Under the pieces are notes generated by a model that saw only the letters and a program-made list of their open reading frames with translations, did no database searches and was not told the DNA's origin. DNA of 64,000 nt from a virus. Both the position numbers and the translations under genes were made by a program. Location: IMG/VR virus record IMGVR_UViG_3300028840_003168. The stretch is one strand, 5' to 3'. Of the stretch, positions 1 through 10,904 are shown piece after piece. How positions within the stretch are numbered: the stretch's first letter is position 1; the number at the start of each line of letters is the position of its first letter.

Positions 1-543
1 GATGCCAACAGCACAAGAACGATCACAGTAGGTTCTGTGACTAGCAGTAAAGTCGATTACCTGTATCTCAGAGCAGATGATGTCCAGATAAATGCAGCGA
101 ATGAAATTCTGTTGCAGCAAGATACTAAAATATCTGATGGAAAAAATATTGTTCTGGATACAACTACAGGAACCAAAATAGGAACAGCTACTTCACAGAA
201 ATTAGGGTTCTTTAACGCGACTCCAATAGTTCAGCCTAGTGCTTATACACAAACATATTCAACTGCTGATAAAACACATGCAGCTAGGACTGCGGCTGCG
301 TTGACTGATAGTATAAGTGGAAGTGTAGGAACGACACTTGCTGCTATACCTGATCCGTCAGACTCACCGGCAACGGCAGATGCTTTAAGAGATGATTTGG
401 TTGCCAATGTGTTGCCTAAAATTAGGGATGCACTTTCTTCGATTGCGGATCAGGTAAACAAACTGAGAGATGATGGACTGGATACTTCTCAAGTTGTGAA
501 CGCCTTAATCGATGATATTCAGGCTCTTGGTCTGGCGGGATAG
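1..543 (+). CDS. C-terminal part of a virion fibre-like protein (5' truncated)
   Basis: Frame is open from base 1 to the TAG ending at 543. Contains KIGTATSQKLGFFNATPIVQP and a terminal helical segment typical of phage fibre C-termini. Confidence 0.5.
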   Translation, partial: DANSTRTITVGSVTSSKVDYLYLRADDVQINAANEILLQQDTKISDGKNIVLDTTTGTKIGTATSQKLGFFNATPIVQPSAYTQTYSTADKTHAARTAAALTDSISGSVGTTLAAIPDPSDSPATADALRDDLVANVLPKIRDALSSIADQVNKLRDDGLDTSQVVNALIDDIQALGLAG

Positions 544-546
544 GCG

Positions 547-939
547 ATGACAGACGAAAGGACAGTTTTGACTTGTGATGCCTGTGGAGCGTGTTGTGTT
601 GTTCAAGGCAAAGCGAACCACAAAGTCACTTTGCGTGGTGATGACAAGGGCCGATTGCCTGAAGAGGCTGAAGATTGGGTGATCGATGTTACCGATTATT
701 TGCGGAGCGTAGGGTGCATTATTCGCAAAGAAAAAGTTGAAGGATTGAAGACTAAAGAAAATGCTGAAGGTTTAACTGTTTGTGTGGCTCTGGAGGGTAT
801 AGTCGGCAAGGATGCGAAATGTTCAATCCACGATGTAAAGCCTGTGTCATGTGCAGATTTTGAGTTGGACTTTGACGGATGTAACAAGTTTCGACGGATA
901 GCCAGTCTACCAGAATTGGACTTGGAGGTTCCATGTTAA
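547..939 (+). CDS. YkgJ-family (CxxCxxCC) cysteine-cluster protein
   Basis: CDACGACC near the N-terminus, then CVAL.G.VG...CSIH..KP.SC.DF, the family pattern. Confidence 0.8.
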   Translation: MTDERTVLTCDACGACCVVQGKANHKVTLRGDDKGRLPEEAEDWVIDVTDYLRSVGCIIRKEKVEGLKTKENAEGLTVCVALEGIVGKDAKCSIHDVKPVSCADFELDFDGCNKFRRIASLPELDLEVPC

Positions 940-1424
940 CCGTACTCAAATTCTTACCTGGGTTCCTGTGGGCTTTGCCAGTCTCTTTGTTGACCTGGAT
1001 ATTTTTCTGCATTCCGTATTACCTCAAGGGAGCTTTTGAAAAGGTCACTATGAGGAAGGATCTTTCGATTATCTGGGATGTGGCCAATGATTCCAAGTTC
1101 TACAAGAAGTCCATGACTGGATGGTATGGGTTCGTTCTGGGGTGCAACATCGTTGTGGTGGATGTTCCCTCAAAAGATGATGATTGGTGGGCTGACCACT
1201 TGGACCATGAAACTACACATGTGTATCAGAATTACATTTTCGGTATTTTGTTCTACGTGGTGTACCTGATTCATATGGCGTACCTGCTGGCTTTTTGTAA
1301 GGACAAACACTCCTACCATGACAACTTCCTTGAGAGGTGGGCCAGGAAGTCAGCAGGGCAGCTTGTGGACATTCCCAGGGAGGACTGGATGGATGGTCCG
1401 AACGATAGATTTCCCTGGAATTGA
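933..1424 (+). CDS. Membrane-associated HExxH (zincin-like) protein
   Basis: Two hydrophobic segments; HETTHVYQ and a downstream NFLERWA motif. Confidence 0.55.
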   Translation: MLTVLKFLPGFLWALPVSLLTWIFFCIPYYLKGAFEKVTMRKDLSIIWDVANDSKFYKKSMTGWYGFVLGCNIVVVDVPSKDDDWWADHLDHETTHVYQNYIFGILFYVVYLIHMAYLLAFCKDKHSYHDNFLERWARKSAGQLVDIPREDWMDGPNDRFPWN

Positions 1425-1446
1425 TTTTCTTGGGTATGGCTTGAAC

Positions 1447-1462
1447 CTTTTTTGGTATATTC
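1447..1462 (+). promoter_or_regulatory. Candidate extended -10 promoter (CTTTTTTGGTATATTC)
   Basis: TGn-TATATT in an intergenic gap upstream of an AGGAGG RBS. A 15/16 identical copy lies at 51887-51902. Confidence 0.45.
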
Positions 1463-1483
1463 ACCTCTAAGGAGGTACGAGAA

Positions 1484-1840
1484 ATGACTGATGACAATGT
1501 AAACGAAGGTGCAGTTCCTACTCCTGAGGATCTGCGAAAGCCCAAAGAGGTTGAGGCCCCCAAGAAGCGGGAGCTTGTGGTCGAAGGTATGGAGGATGCC
1601 AGTTTGGCCGAGTTCAAGGCTGAGGCTGAGAAACTTGAAGCAGAGGTTTCGGAGCTTGAGGCAGGTGTTCTCAAGGAGAAGAAAGCCCGAGCCAGACTGA
1701 TTCGCCGCAAGATGTCCATCATGGCCCCTGAATGCGAGTGCAAGACTTTTACCAGGGTGGGCGAGGCTGGTAACGGTCGGGTTCTGAGGTTGGAATGTGA
1801 CGAATGCAAGATTCAGTATGCCGCAAGAGGGGAGCGATAA
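1484..1840 (+). CDS. Hypothetical coiled-coil protein with C-terminal CxC...CxxC zinc ribbon
   Basis: Strong AGGAGG RBS; CEC and CDEC motifs. Confidence 0.6.
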   Translation: MTDDNVNEGAVPTPEDLRKPKEVEAPKKRELVVEGMEDASLAEFKAEAEKLEAEVSELEAGVLKEKKARARLIRRKMSIMAPECECKTFTRVGEAGNGRVLRLECDECKIQYAARGER

Positions 1841-1841
1841 C

Positions 1842-2429
1842 ATGGACAAAATTACTAACAGCAATCTGTCGGAAAAATGGGAAGCTTTGACTCGGATCGG
1901 TGATGCTCGGGTTGGAACTCCGAAGTTCAAGTGGAACATCGCCAAGAACAAATCCATACTGAAAAGCCACAGGGACGACTTGACGGAAGGTCTCAGCCAG
2001 GACCCGAAGTTGTCGGAATATAATAATGAGCGCCTTCAGGTTTATGACAAGTGGGCTATCAAGACAGTGACCGAGGCCAAGAACCCCGATGGTTCAGACG
2101 GCTCGACTACCCAGTATCGGGTACCGTCCGAGAACCTTGAAGCGTTTGAAGCTGATATCGAAAAGTTGAAAGAGCAGTACAAGGACGTTCTTGATGATGA
2201 AAAGAAACGCATCGCAGGTATCCCCGAGCTTCTGAAATCCTGTATCTCGGTTGAGTTCCACAAGATCAGGATGTCCACAGTGCCTATTGAGGATCTCAAT
2301 TCCAATGATGTGGCCACCCTTTGGGAGCTTTGGGAGGATGACCTGGAGGACGTGGCCGATGAGGTTGAGTCCGAGGAAGCTGAAGTGGACCCTCCCGCGA
2401 AAGCCCCTAAAAAGAAACCTAAAAGCTAG
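1842..2429 (+). CDS. Helical phage protein, DUF1617-like (possible fibre chaperone)
   Basis: ATG 1842 follows a GGAG RBS and is preferred over the track start. WNIAKNKSILK...R...WA.K...EN...F...I..L pattern resembles DUF1617. Confidence 0.4.
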   Translation: MDKITNSNLSEKWEALTRIGDARVGTPKFKWNIAKNKSILKSHRDDLTEGLSQDPKLSEYNNERLQVYDKWAIKTVTEAKNPDGSDGSTTQYRVPSENLEAFEADIEKLKEQYKDVLDDEKKRIAGIPELLKSCISVEFHKIRMSTVPIEDLNSNDVATLWELWEDDLEDVADEVESEEAEVDPPAKAPKKKPKS

Positions 2430-2438
2430 GAGTACCTG

Positions 2439-4250
2439 ATGGCGATATCCCCTGAGGAAGCAAAAGCGGCACGGGCGAGGCTCAATGCCTCAAGACCTAA
2501 GATTGTCAGCTCTAATCCGCGGCAACAGCGACGGGACGTAGCAGCTTCTTTGCTTCCTGAGGGGGCCACTCTTAGCGTACCTGCGGGTCCTTCTCGACGT
2601 ATGGGTACCTTTGATCCTGCCTTGATGAGCAATTTCGTTGGTGGCGGTGGCGGTGGCCAGACTTTTCAGCACATGCAAAGGCCCTACCTTCCTGAGATCG
2701 AATCCCCGGATCGGATACAGTACCCGACTGATCGCAGGATGGCGAACTATTATTGGAGGTTGTTTCACAAGTTCGATCCTGTGTTTGGTACCGCCATGGA
2801 CATGTACTCCGAGATGCTGGTTTCGGATTATGATGTGATCGTGGATGAAACCAAAGATAAAGAAATAAACGATACCGTGGACTTGATGTGTGAGAAGACG
2901 CACTTTCAGGAAAGATGCCGCCAGATGGTGGTGCAGTACAATGTAATCGGTGAAGTGATTCCGCACACATTCTTTGATGAGGACTTAGGTATCTGGACGT
3001 ATATCGCCATGCACAACCCGGATTACATCGAAGTACAGGACTCGCCCATTATCGATATGGACCCGATCATCTCTTTTATACCTGATGACGCTCTCATAGA
3101 GCTTTTGTCGGATAGATCACCAGAGTCTATGGAACTCAGACAGTCCCTGCCCAGCGAGTTTGTGGCGAAGGTACTGGCCCGACAGCCTATCCGGTTGCAG
3201 AACTCAAACTGTTCTTTCATTGCCCGGAAGCTGAATCCTTACGATGAGAGAGGCACCTCCCTGGCGTCCAGGTTGTGGAGAATATGGATGGTGGAGGATG
3301 CGGTCTATGCTTCGACGATAGCGACCTACCGGCGCCATGCGGCCCCTATCAAGGTGGCTAAATTGGGGGATGCCTCTACCAACTGGATACCCGAGCCTGA
3401 GGTAGAGGCCGAGCTGCTCTCGATGTTGAGCAGGATGGAAACAGATCCACAGGCGTGGCTTGTTTGGAACTATGGCATCCAGTTCGAGGCTTTTGGTACG
3501 ACTGACAGGGCTGTCTCAATCAAAGGTGAGCATGATGTTATCGAGAAGGTGAAGCTCCTCGGGATGGGTCTTTCCAAGTCGTTCATGACGGGGGAGGTGA
3601 CATACGCTAGTGCAAAGTCAGGTTTGCAGGTCTTTTTACGTAGGCTTTTGTCACTTCGTCAGTACCTCGAAGCTGTGTGGATCTATCCGAAATTCTTCAG
3701 GCCTATTTCCCTGGCGAATGACTGGATAAAGTCCAAGCCCAACGAGGTTGACCATGGTTACCGTGTGAAGAGGACTGCCCAGGAGCTTGAGGAGCAGAAG
3801 CTGATCATCATCCCCAAGCTCAAATGGCACAACAAACTGGACCCCGAGGTAGAGAGCGATGTGCTTCAGGCTTATCTCCAGATGGAAAAGTTCGGGTTCC
3901 AGGTATCGAAAGCTTCTGTCGGCGCCGTGGTGGATTTGGATTGGGAGAACGAACTCCGCAATTCCGCGGAGGAGTTCAAGAAGTCCAAGGAGATTGTGCA
4001 GGAGGTTCTCGGGCCTCAGATGGCCAATCAGTTCTGGATGGAGAAGGCCCCCAAGAAGCCTGGAGGGGCCGCTGGCGGCGGTGCGCCTCCTGGTGGCCCT
4101 GGTGGAGGGCAGAAGCCTCCTGGGGCGGCTGGAGCGCCTCCTGGTGGCCCTAAACCGGATGCAAGCGCACCTCCTGGGTCCGGTGAAGCCGGTGAGCCCG
4201 AGGGCGGCATCGAAAGCCCTGACCAGGGCGGTATGGGTGCTGACCTGTGA
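2439..4250 (+). CDS. Portal protein
   Basis: 603 aa; first large gene of the head module. PYDERGTS motif, GEVTYASA C-terminal motif, and a Gly/Pro-rich tail. Confidence 0.85.
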   Translation: MAISPEEAKAARARLNASRPKIVSSNPRQQRRDVAASLLPEGATLSVPAGPSRRMGTFDPALMSNFVGGGGGGQTFQHMQRPYLPEIESPDRIQYPTDRRMANYYWRLFHKFDPVFGTAMDMYSEMLVSDYDVIVDETKDKEINDTVDLMCEKTHFQERCRQMVVQYNVIGEVIPHTFFDEDLGIWTYIAMHNPDYIEVQDSPIIDMDPIISFIPDDALIELLSDRSPESMELRQSLPSEFVAKVLARQPIRLQNSNCSFIARKLNPYDERGTSLASRLWRIWMVEDAVYASTIATYRRHAAPIKVAKLGDASTNWIPEPEVEAELLSMLSRMETDPQAWLVWNYGIQFEAFGTTDRAVSIKGEHDVIEKVKLLGMGLSKSFMTGEVTYASAKSGLQVFLRRLLSLRQYLEAVWIYPKFFRPISLANDWIKSKPNEVDHGYRVKRTAQELEEQKLIIIPKLKWHNKLDPEVESDVLQAYLQMEKFGFQVSKASVGAVVDLDWENELRNSAEEFKKSKEIVQEVLGPQMANQFWMEKAPKKPGGAAGGGAPPGGPGGGQKPPGAAGAPPGGPKPDASAPPGSGEAGEPEGGIESPDQGGMGADL

Positions 4251-5272
4251 AAGATAATTTCGACGCATTTTTTGTGGGGGATGGTTCCAGGGAACTCATG
4301 CTGGAGCAGACGCTCACCAAAAAGAAGCATTCTCTCGAATCCAAGGTACGCGAGAGACCTCACGCATCGCTTACCGGAGATACGCAGGATGGTGTCAGGT
4401 TTGAGGTAGTTGACGATGTGGAGGATTACATTGTCAGCAGGATAGATATCTCAGGTGAGGATGGGTACCGGGATGCTTTCCTCATGGGTAAGAAAGAGGT
4501 CTATTCGAGATTCAACTTCCTGGCGATCAAGTCGGCGGCTTTCCGTGGACGGGCGGTGAGAGAGGTTGATCTCATTCTGGAGGACAGCGATCTTCACATT
4601 ATCGAGTACCTCAAGGAACATGTTAAAGACTACTATGCCGTAAGGTCAGTGGCCCAGCTCGTGGCTTACGAGAGCATGGGTATCTTCGATGTTATGTTCC
4701 AGGAACAGGATGGCTGCTCACTGTGTCTGGCTATGGGGGGCTCTATTCTGTACACTCGGAACCTGATTCGTGGCTTTACCTCGGGAGGCTTCCTGTCGCA
4801 CCCCTACTGCGATTGCGCGTTTTTTCCGGTTATTCGCAGGAGTTCTTATCAGGGACTGCTCACACCTCATTTGAACCTTGATAGTGTGACTGTGAAGGGA
4901 ACGCTTATTCACAACCTTCCTATCGAGTATAAGTCAGACGAGTTCTATCAGATGTTGGTTGAGCTACCTTTTGATGAGATCAGTTTCGTGGACATGTGCG
5001 AGTACCGTAATTCCATCCTGCTGGTGAAGGATGTGGACAACGTGGTTATACACTACAACGAAGATGAAGAGATTCTGTATATCCACAATGACTACATCGG
5101 TACTGCGGGGCCTTTTCAGTATGTTTCTGAGTACCTGAAGGCGGCAGCTCTCCCGGCGAAAGTATCTGTGTCGAACCTGGAGGGGCTGGAAAGGTACTAT
5201 CTCGATGGGCGGACTGTGGTATTATGGGAAGGTAGTTATTGGGACGCCGGGACCGGCGAACGTGTAAAATAG
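4247..5272 (+). CDS. Head morphogenesis protein (Mu F/SPP1 gp7-like motif)
   Basis: Immediately after the portal; CSLC...HPYCDC motif. Confidence 0.55.
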   Translation: MKDNFDAFFVGDGSRELMLEQTLTKKKHSLESKVRERPHASLTGDTQDGVRFEVVDDVEDYIVSRIDISGEDGYRDAFLMGKKEVYSRFNFLAIKSAAFRGRAVREVDLILEDSDLHIIEYLKEHVKDYYAVRSVAQLVAYESMGIFDVMFQEQDGCSLCLAMGGSILYTRNLIRGFTSGGFLSHPYCDCAFFPVIRRSSYQGLLTPHLNLDSVTVKGTLIHNLPIEYKSDEFYQMLVELPFDEISFVDMCEYRNSILLVKDVDNVVIHYNEDEEILYIHNDYIGTAGPFQYVSEYLKAAALPAKVSVSNLEGLERYYLDGRTVVLWEGSYWDAGTGERVK

Positions 5273-5281
5273 GAGAAGATC

Positions 5282-5398
5282 ATGGGTTTCAAGAAAACAG
5301 GAGACGTAGGCAAGGTGGGTAAGCCGATTCCACTGGAGAAAGTTAACAAGAAGACCGGAAAAGCTCCGAAGAAGGTACCTCGGAAGCAAGGTAAGTAA
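5282..5398 (+). CDS. 38-aa Lys-rich microprotein (not in ORF track)
   Basis: AGGAGA RBS; sequence MGFKKTGDVGKVGKPIPLEKVNKKTGKAPKKVPRKQGK. Fills the gap exactly and its stop overlaps the next ATG (TAATG). Confidence 0.75.
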   Translation: MGFKKTGDVGKVGKPIPLEKVNKKTGKAPKKVPRKQGK

Positions 5399-5715
5399 TG
5401 CGGTTTTTTCATGTGGGTTCATCGAGGGGCTCCGTTGCGCTCATCTATCACAGTTACCTGGACGGTCAATACTATTGCCGAACCAGGAGTGAATCCTTCA
5501 GGAAAGCCTTTGATGCGGTGTGTGGCAGGTTGTTGAGCCGGTTTACCAGAGAGAACCGTAATCTTTATGCTTATTCGTTCGGGCCGGGTGACCAGGGCTG
5601 GGTGGACGCGGTGCTTGCAGAGGTGTGTAATGATGAATGGTCTTACGAGGAATTGGATGCCAGAAAGGTTACCGGTTCCTTTGACGATCTTGTCGAAACT
5701 TACCTTTCGGTCTAG
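5398..5715 (+). CDS. Hypothetical protein
   Basis: Translationally coupled to the upstream microprotein. Confidence 0.6.
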   Translation: MRFFHVGSSRGSVALIYHSYLDGQYYCRTRSESFRKAFDAVCGRLLSRFTRENRNLYAYSFGPGDQGWVDAVLAEVCNDEWSYEELDARKVTGSFDDLVETYLSV

Positions 5716-5762
5716 TTTCTTATTCCGATGTAATTTTACAAATTACCTTTCAACTTAAATCC

Positions 5763-5813
5763 TCCCAAAAAAGTACATTTATAATGTCTCGTTAAGGGAA
5801 GAATAACATCTTC
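5763..5813 (+). promoter_or_regulatory. Putative late promoter 1 with 5' stem-loop
   Basis: TCCC-N13-TATAAT(5780-5785)-N7-TAAGGGA, then hairpin GAAGA-N6-TCTTC. Same architecture at 11.75 kb and 21.65 kb. Confidence 0.65.
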
Positions 5814-5831
5814 GTACCGTAACGAGGTATA

Positions 5832-6729
5832 ATGTCGTTTAGAAAAACAGCCCAGGTGCAATTCCTTGGTGTGCAACATAAAGGTTTATGGTCTAAGTCA
5901 GCTTCGCATTCAAAGTCTTCCTCGTTCTACATGGAAGAGGACGGCTCTATTGATGTTGAAGCTGCTCTTGATACCGTGGCAGACGCCTATCGGATAAGTC
6001 GAGACCCTCGAAATTACCTTTTCATACCTCTCAGAGCAAACAGTGCCGACCGTCCCAACAACAACCTGGATGGCTGGGAACTGAACGAACTCCAAAGGTA
6101 CGATGACATCGTCGGTGTTCCGGTATACCGAACCTATGATCTCAAACCTCATTTCGTGAACCACAATGCGGCAAACCTTACTTTGAGCCGCGGGGTAATT
6201 CTTGACAGCCACCTTAATACTCAGAACCCGGCAGACGATATGGTCAAGCAGGCTGTGTTCGAGGCAACAGGTAAAGAGGTTGACCGGGATATCTTTGTAG
6301 AGCTTCTGGTTGCAATGGACACCACGAAGGACCCGGCTCTGGCCGAGGCCTATCGAAACGGTTCTGTAGACAGCTTTTCGATGGGTTGTGATGTTGTGGC
6401 AACCCAGTGTTCCGCTTGCGACAATGTAGCTACCAATGACTTTCAGCTTTGCAGCTGTGTTCGAGGAAAGCATTCCCGGATTCCCGTGGAGTGTCTTGAT
6501 GGTGAGCGCAGACTGGCCTGGGAGAAGTGCATGGGCACTATTTTTCAGGAGATTTCAGCAGTAGACGACCCGGCTGATGAGACCGCTTTGGTTCAGGAGG
6601 GTATTCTCAAAGTTGCGGGTGCGAATGGTTTGAACAAACAGCAAATTCAGGAAGTAACCGCTTTTGTAGTACGGCATGCCAAGACTATGCCCGAGGCAGT
6701 GGCAGGTATTTTAAACCAAGCTTTACAGG

Positions 6730-6737
<8 letters not shown>
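5832..6737 (+). CDS. Prohead maturation protease
   Basis: Between portal and scaffold. KPHFVNH (His), FSMGC (Ser) and EISAVDDPAD motifs of HK97/herpes-fold phage proteases, with a Cys-rich insertion. Confidence 0.8.
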
Positions 6738-8682
<1,945 letters not shown>

Positions 8683-8711
8683 GTCCAAAAGAGAACTGGA
8701 AGGAGTGGATC

Positions 8712-9476
8712 ATGACTATTGCTGATCCTCAATGGGAGGCTTATCAGAGTGGATTGCCCATCGGCATCGACCTGAAGCGTTCCGACATTGCCAGCAATCT
8801 CGGTACTTACGTGGTAAACAGATCTACCACGTTTCGAGCCGGGATGTTGGTGCAACTCAACAGTTCGCAGGAATTGGTTGTATGCGACGGCACTGCTCCG
8901 ATGGGCTTTGCAAAGTACGATGTGGCAACTTCTCTTTATGAGACGGTTGTGGACGAGTACATCCAGCTGAATGGCGTCGTGGCGACCTCTCTTGCGAACG
9001 CAAACCTTTACGCGGGTTCCGGTATCCGCGTGTCCTCCGCAGCCCAGGGCGGCGGCACCACCTATGCGGTGACCACGGATTATACCGTGAGCGCCGTGAA
9101 CGGTACGGTGACCCGTGTTGGCGGCGGCTCGATTACGGACGGTCAGTATGTGTATGTCACGTACATGTACGAGATTCCCAACTCGAAGATGCAATTCGAG
9201 GGTAAGAATTTCTGGAACGTCAACAACGCCATCGAGTACACCAATGCGCGGATGACGGTCATCACCGGCCAGAGCATCGTGTTCACCTCGCAGTACGACC
9301 CCTCGCGGGTCTACGCGGTGGACTCGGTCGTTGAGGCAGGCGCGGTTGGCGACAACCTCGGCGGTCTCGTAACCCTAACCGGCGTGGGTGCAGGTCCGAA
9401 TATCGGTACCGTACTCCAGGTTCCCAGTGCTGCTGATCCCTTCATGGGTATCCGCATGTACGGGCTGCCGCAATAA
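8712..9476 (+). CDS. Capsid decoration/cement protein with inserted Ig-like domain
   Basis: Directly before the MCP; beta-rich; TDYTV..VNG.VTR...VYVTY insertion. Confidence 0.65.
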   Translation: MTIADPQWEAYQSGLPIGIDLKRSDIASNLGTYVVNRSTTFRAGMLVQLNSSQELVVCDGTAPMGFAKYDVATSLYETVVDEYIQLNGVVATSLANANLYAGSGIRVSSAAQGGGTTYAVTTDYTVSAVNGTVTRVGGGSITDGQYVYVTYMYEIPNSKMQFEGKNFWNVNNAIEYTNARMTVITGQSIVFTSQYDPSRVYAVDSVVEAGAVGDNLGGLVTLTGVGAGPNIGTVLQVPSAADPFMGIRMYGLPQ

Positions 9477-9492
9477 GAAAGGACGGAAGACT

Positions 9493-10794
9493 ATGGGAAA
9501 TCCATACACAAGAGTCAGTCGTAAAAGTCGTCGTCCTGCCGTTCCTTCTCGTTCAGCGCGAAGGACCAGTAAGCCGCGTCGTCGCCCCATTACCGCAGCC
9601 CGTAAGCCGCGTCGTAAGCCTGCCGCAGCTCCCAAAAGGGGCCGTATGGCAGCGCGTCCGAAACGCCGGTTGACCTCCAAGAGGGATGAGGCTGTATTCG
9701 GTCGGGATGGTCAGTTCAATCCGCAACGATACGATTATGGTGGGTATGACCCCAAGCGTATTGCAAATGCGGTTGGCAATCGCAGACGCCCGATGTTCAA
9801 CAGTCAGGGTGAGATCAACGCCGACAACAAGCGCGATGCGCTGGTGCAGATCAAGCATCTGCTCGGTTCGGTTGGTCCCCGGCATCAGGACGCCCTGAGC
9901 CTGTACAATCCCAACTCTCCCCAGGAGAAGATGAGCAAAGAAGCACGTAGGGATATCCTTGCTGCCGCGCTCACCGATCCTTCGGGTGCCGGTTGGCACG
10001 TTGTTGGTCAGGAACTCGCTCTGCCGATCAAGCAGATCCTGGACTATGAAGGGTTCGCCCGGAAATGGTACCAGATCCGCGACCTCGCCCAAGGCGAACT
10101 GTTCCGCGTACCCGTGGATGTTCGTTCGGTGGCCTGGGTTGTCGGTCAGGACGGCCAGGTGCCCGAAGCACGGATCAAATCCAAGTGGATTACGCCGAAA
10201 GAGGATAAGATTGTTTCGTATCCCACCGTGGATATCGAGGACATCTACCACCTCAATTTCGACGTTCTGGACCGCGCCCAGGATACCGCCCGTCAGGAAA
10301 TCGAGCTGGCTGAAGACAAGCTCGGCATCCTGCTGGCTGACGCCGCTTCGACCGCGCAGAACACCGTGACCACCTACTCGACTCTCGGTATCAACGCCCT
10401 TGAGGACGTTCGGTTCCAGGTTGAGAGGCACCGCCTCATGGTTGAGAAGTATTTCATCAACCGTGCGGAGCTTTCCGACATCATCAAGACCATGTCGGCT
10501 GCGGTGGACCCGGTTACCGAGCGTGAGTTGATCCTCGCGGGTCACATCGGCAACATCCTGAATGCCCAGATCCTGACTGCTGCCGGGACTGGCGTTGAGG
10601 AAGTGATTCCTGCCGGTACGTTCTACGCCACTACCGCCTCCGAGTACTACGGCGTGATGGGTATTCGCATGGACTTGTTCAGCGAACCCTTCAACAAGTA
10701 CTCCCACATGGAAACCGTTAAAGGCTGGGCCTTTGCGGAGATCGTGGGTTTCGCTTGCGCGAACTCGAAGGCCGTTGCCAAGGGTGTGAAGTAG
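9493..10794 (+). CDS. Major capsid protein (HK97 fold, Bxz1-like type)
   Basis: ATG 9493 with AAAGGA RBS and strongly biased codons. GQELALPIKQILDYEGFARK...VSYPTVDIEDIY...QEIELAED resembles recalled cluster C mycobacteriophage capsids. Confidence 0.88.
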   Translation: MGNPYTRVSRKSRRPAVPSRSARRTSKPRRRPITAARKPRRKPAAAPKRGRMAARPKRRLTSKRDEAVFGRDGQFNPQRYDYGGYDPKRIANAVGNRRRPMFNSQGEINADNKRDALVQIKHLLGSVGPRHQDALSLYNPNSPQEKMSKEARRDILAAALTDPSGAGWHVVGQELALPIKQILDYEGFARKWYQIRDLAQGELFRVPVDVRSVAWVVGQDGQVPEARIKSKWITPKEDKIVSYPTVDIEDIYHLNFDVLDRAQDTARQEIELAEDKLGILLADAASTAQNTVTTYSTLGINALEDVRFQVERHRLMVEKYFINRAELSDIIKTMSAAVDPVTERELILAGHIGNILNAQILTAAGTGVEEVIPAGTFYATTASEYYGVMGIRMDLFSEPFNKYSHMETVKGWAFAEIVGFACANSKAVAKGVK

Positions 10795-10904
10795 ACGATC
10801 TGGGGGTTTGGTTTTTGTTCCCTGGTGGGTGCGGTAGCCCCCCACTGCCGCACCCGCCGTATTAACCCCGTGCCTACCAGGTGCGGGAGGGTTAGGCGAG
10901 AGCC
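10795..10904 (+). ncRNA. Structured intergenic RNA element (two GC-rich hairpins, possible pseudoknot or switch)
   Basis: 14-bp stem 10824-10837/10845-10858 and 9-bp stem 10867-10875/10879-10887. Loop CCCCCA is complementary to TGGGGG at 10801-10806. Confidence 0.5.

Noticed and set aside
9388-9492. ORF-track N-terminal extensions (9388, 1797, 20059, 49069, 49562, 57303, 57700)
   Set aside because: They overlap upstream genes or promoters. Downstream ATGs have better RBSs or coupling and were used instead.
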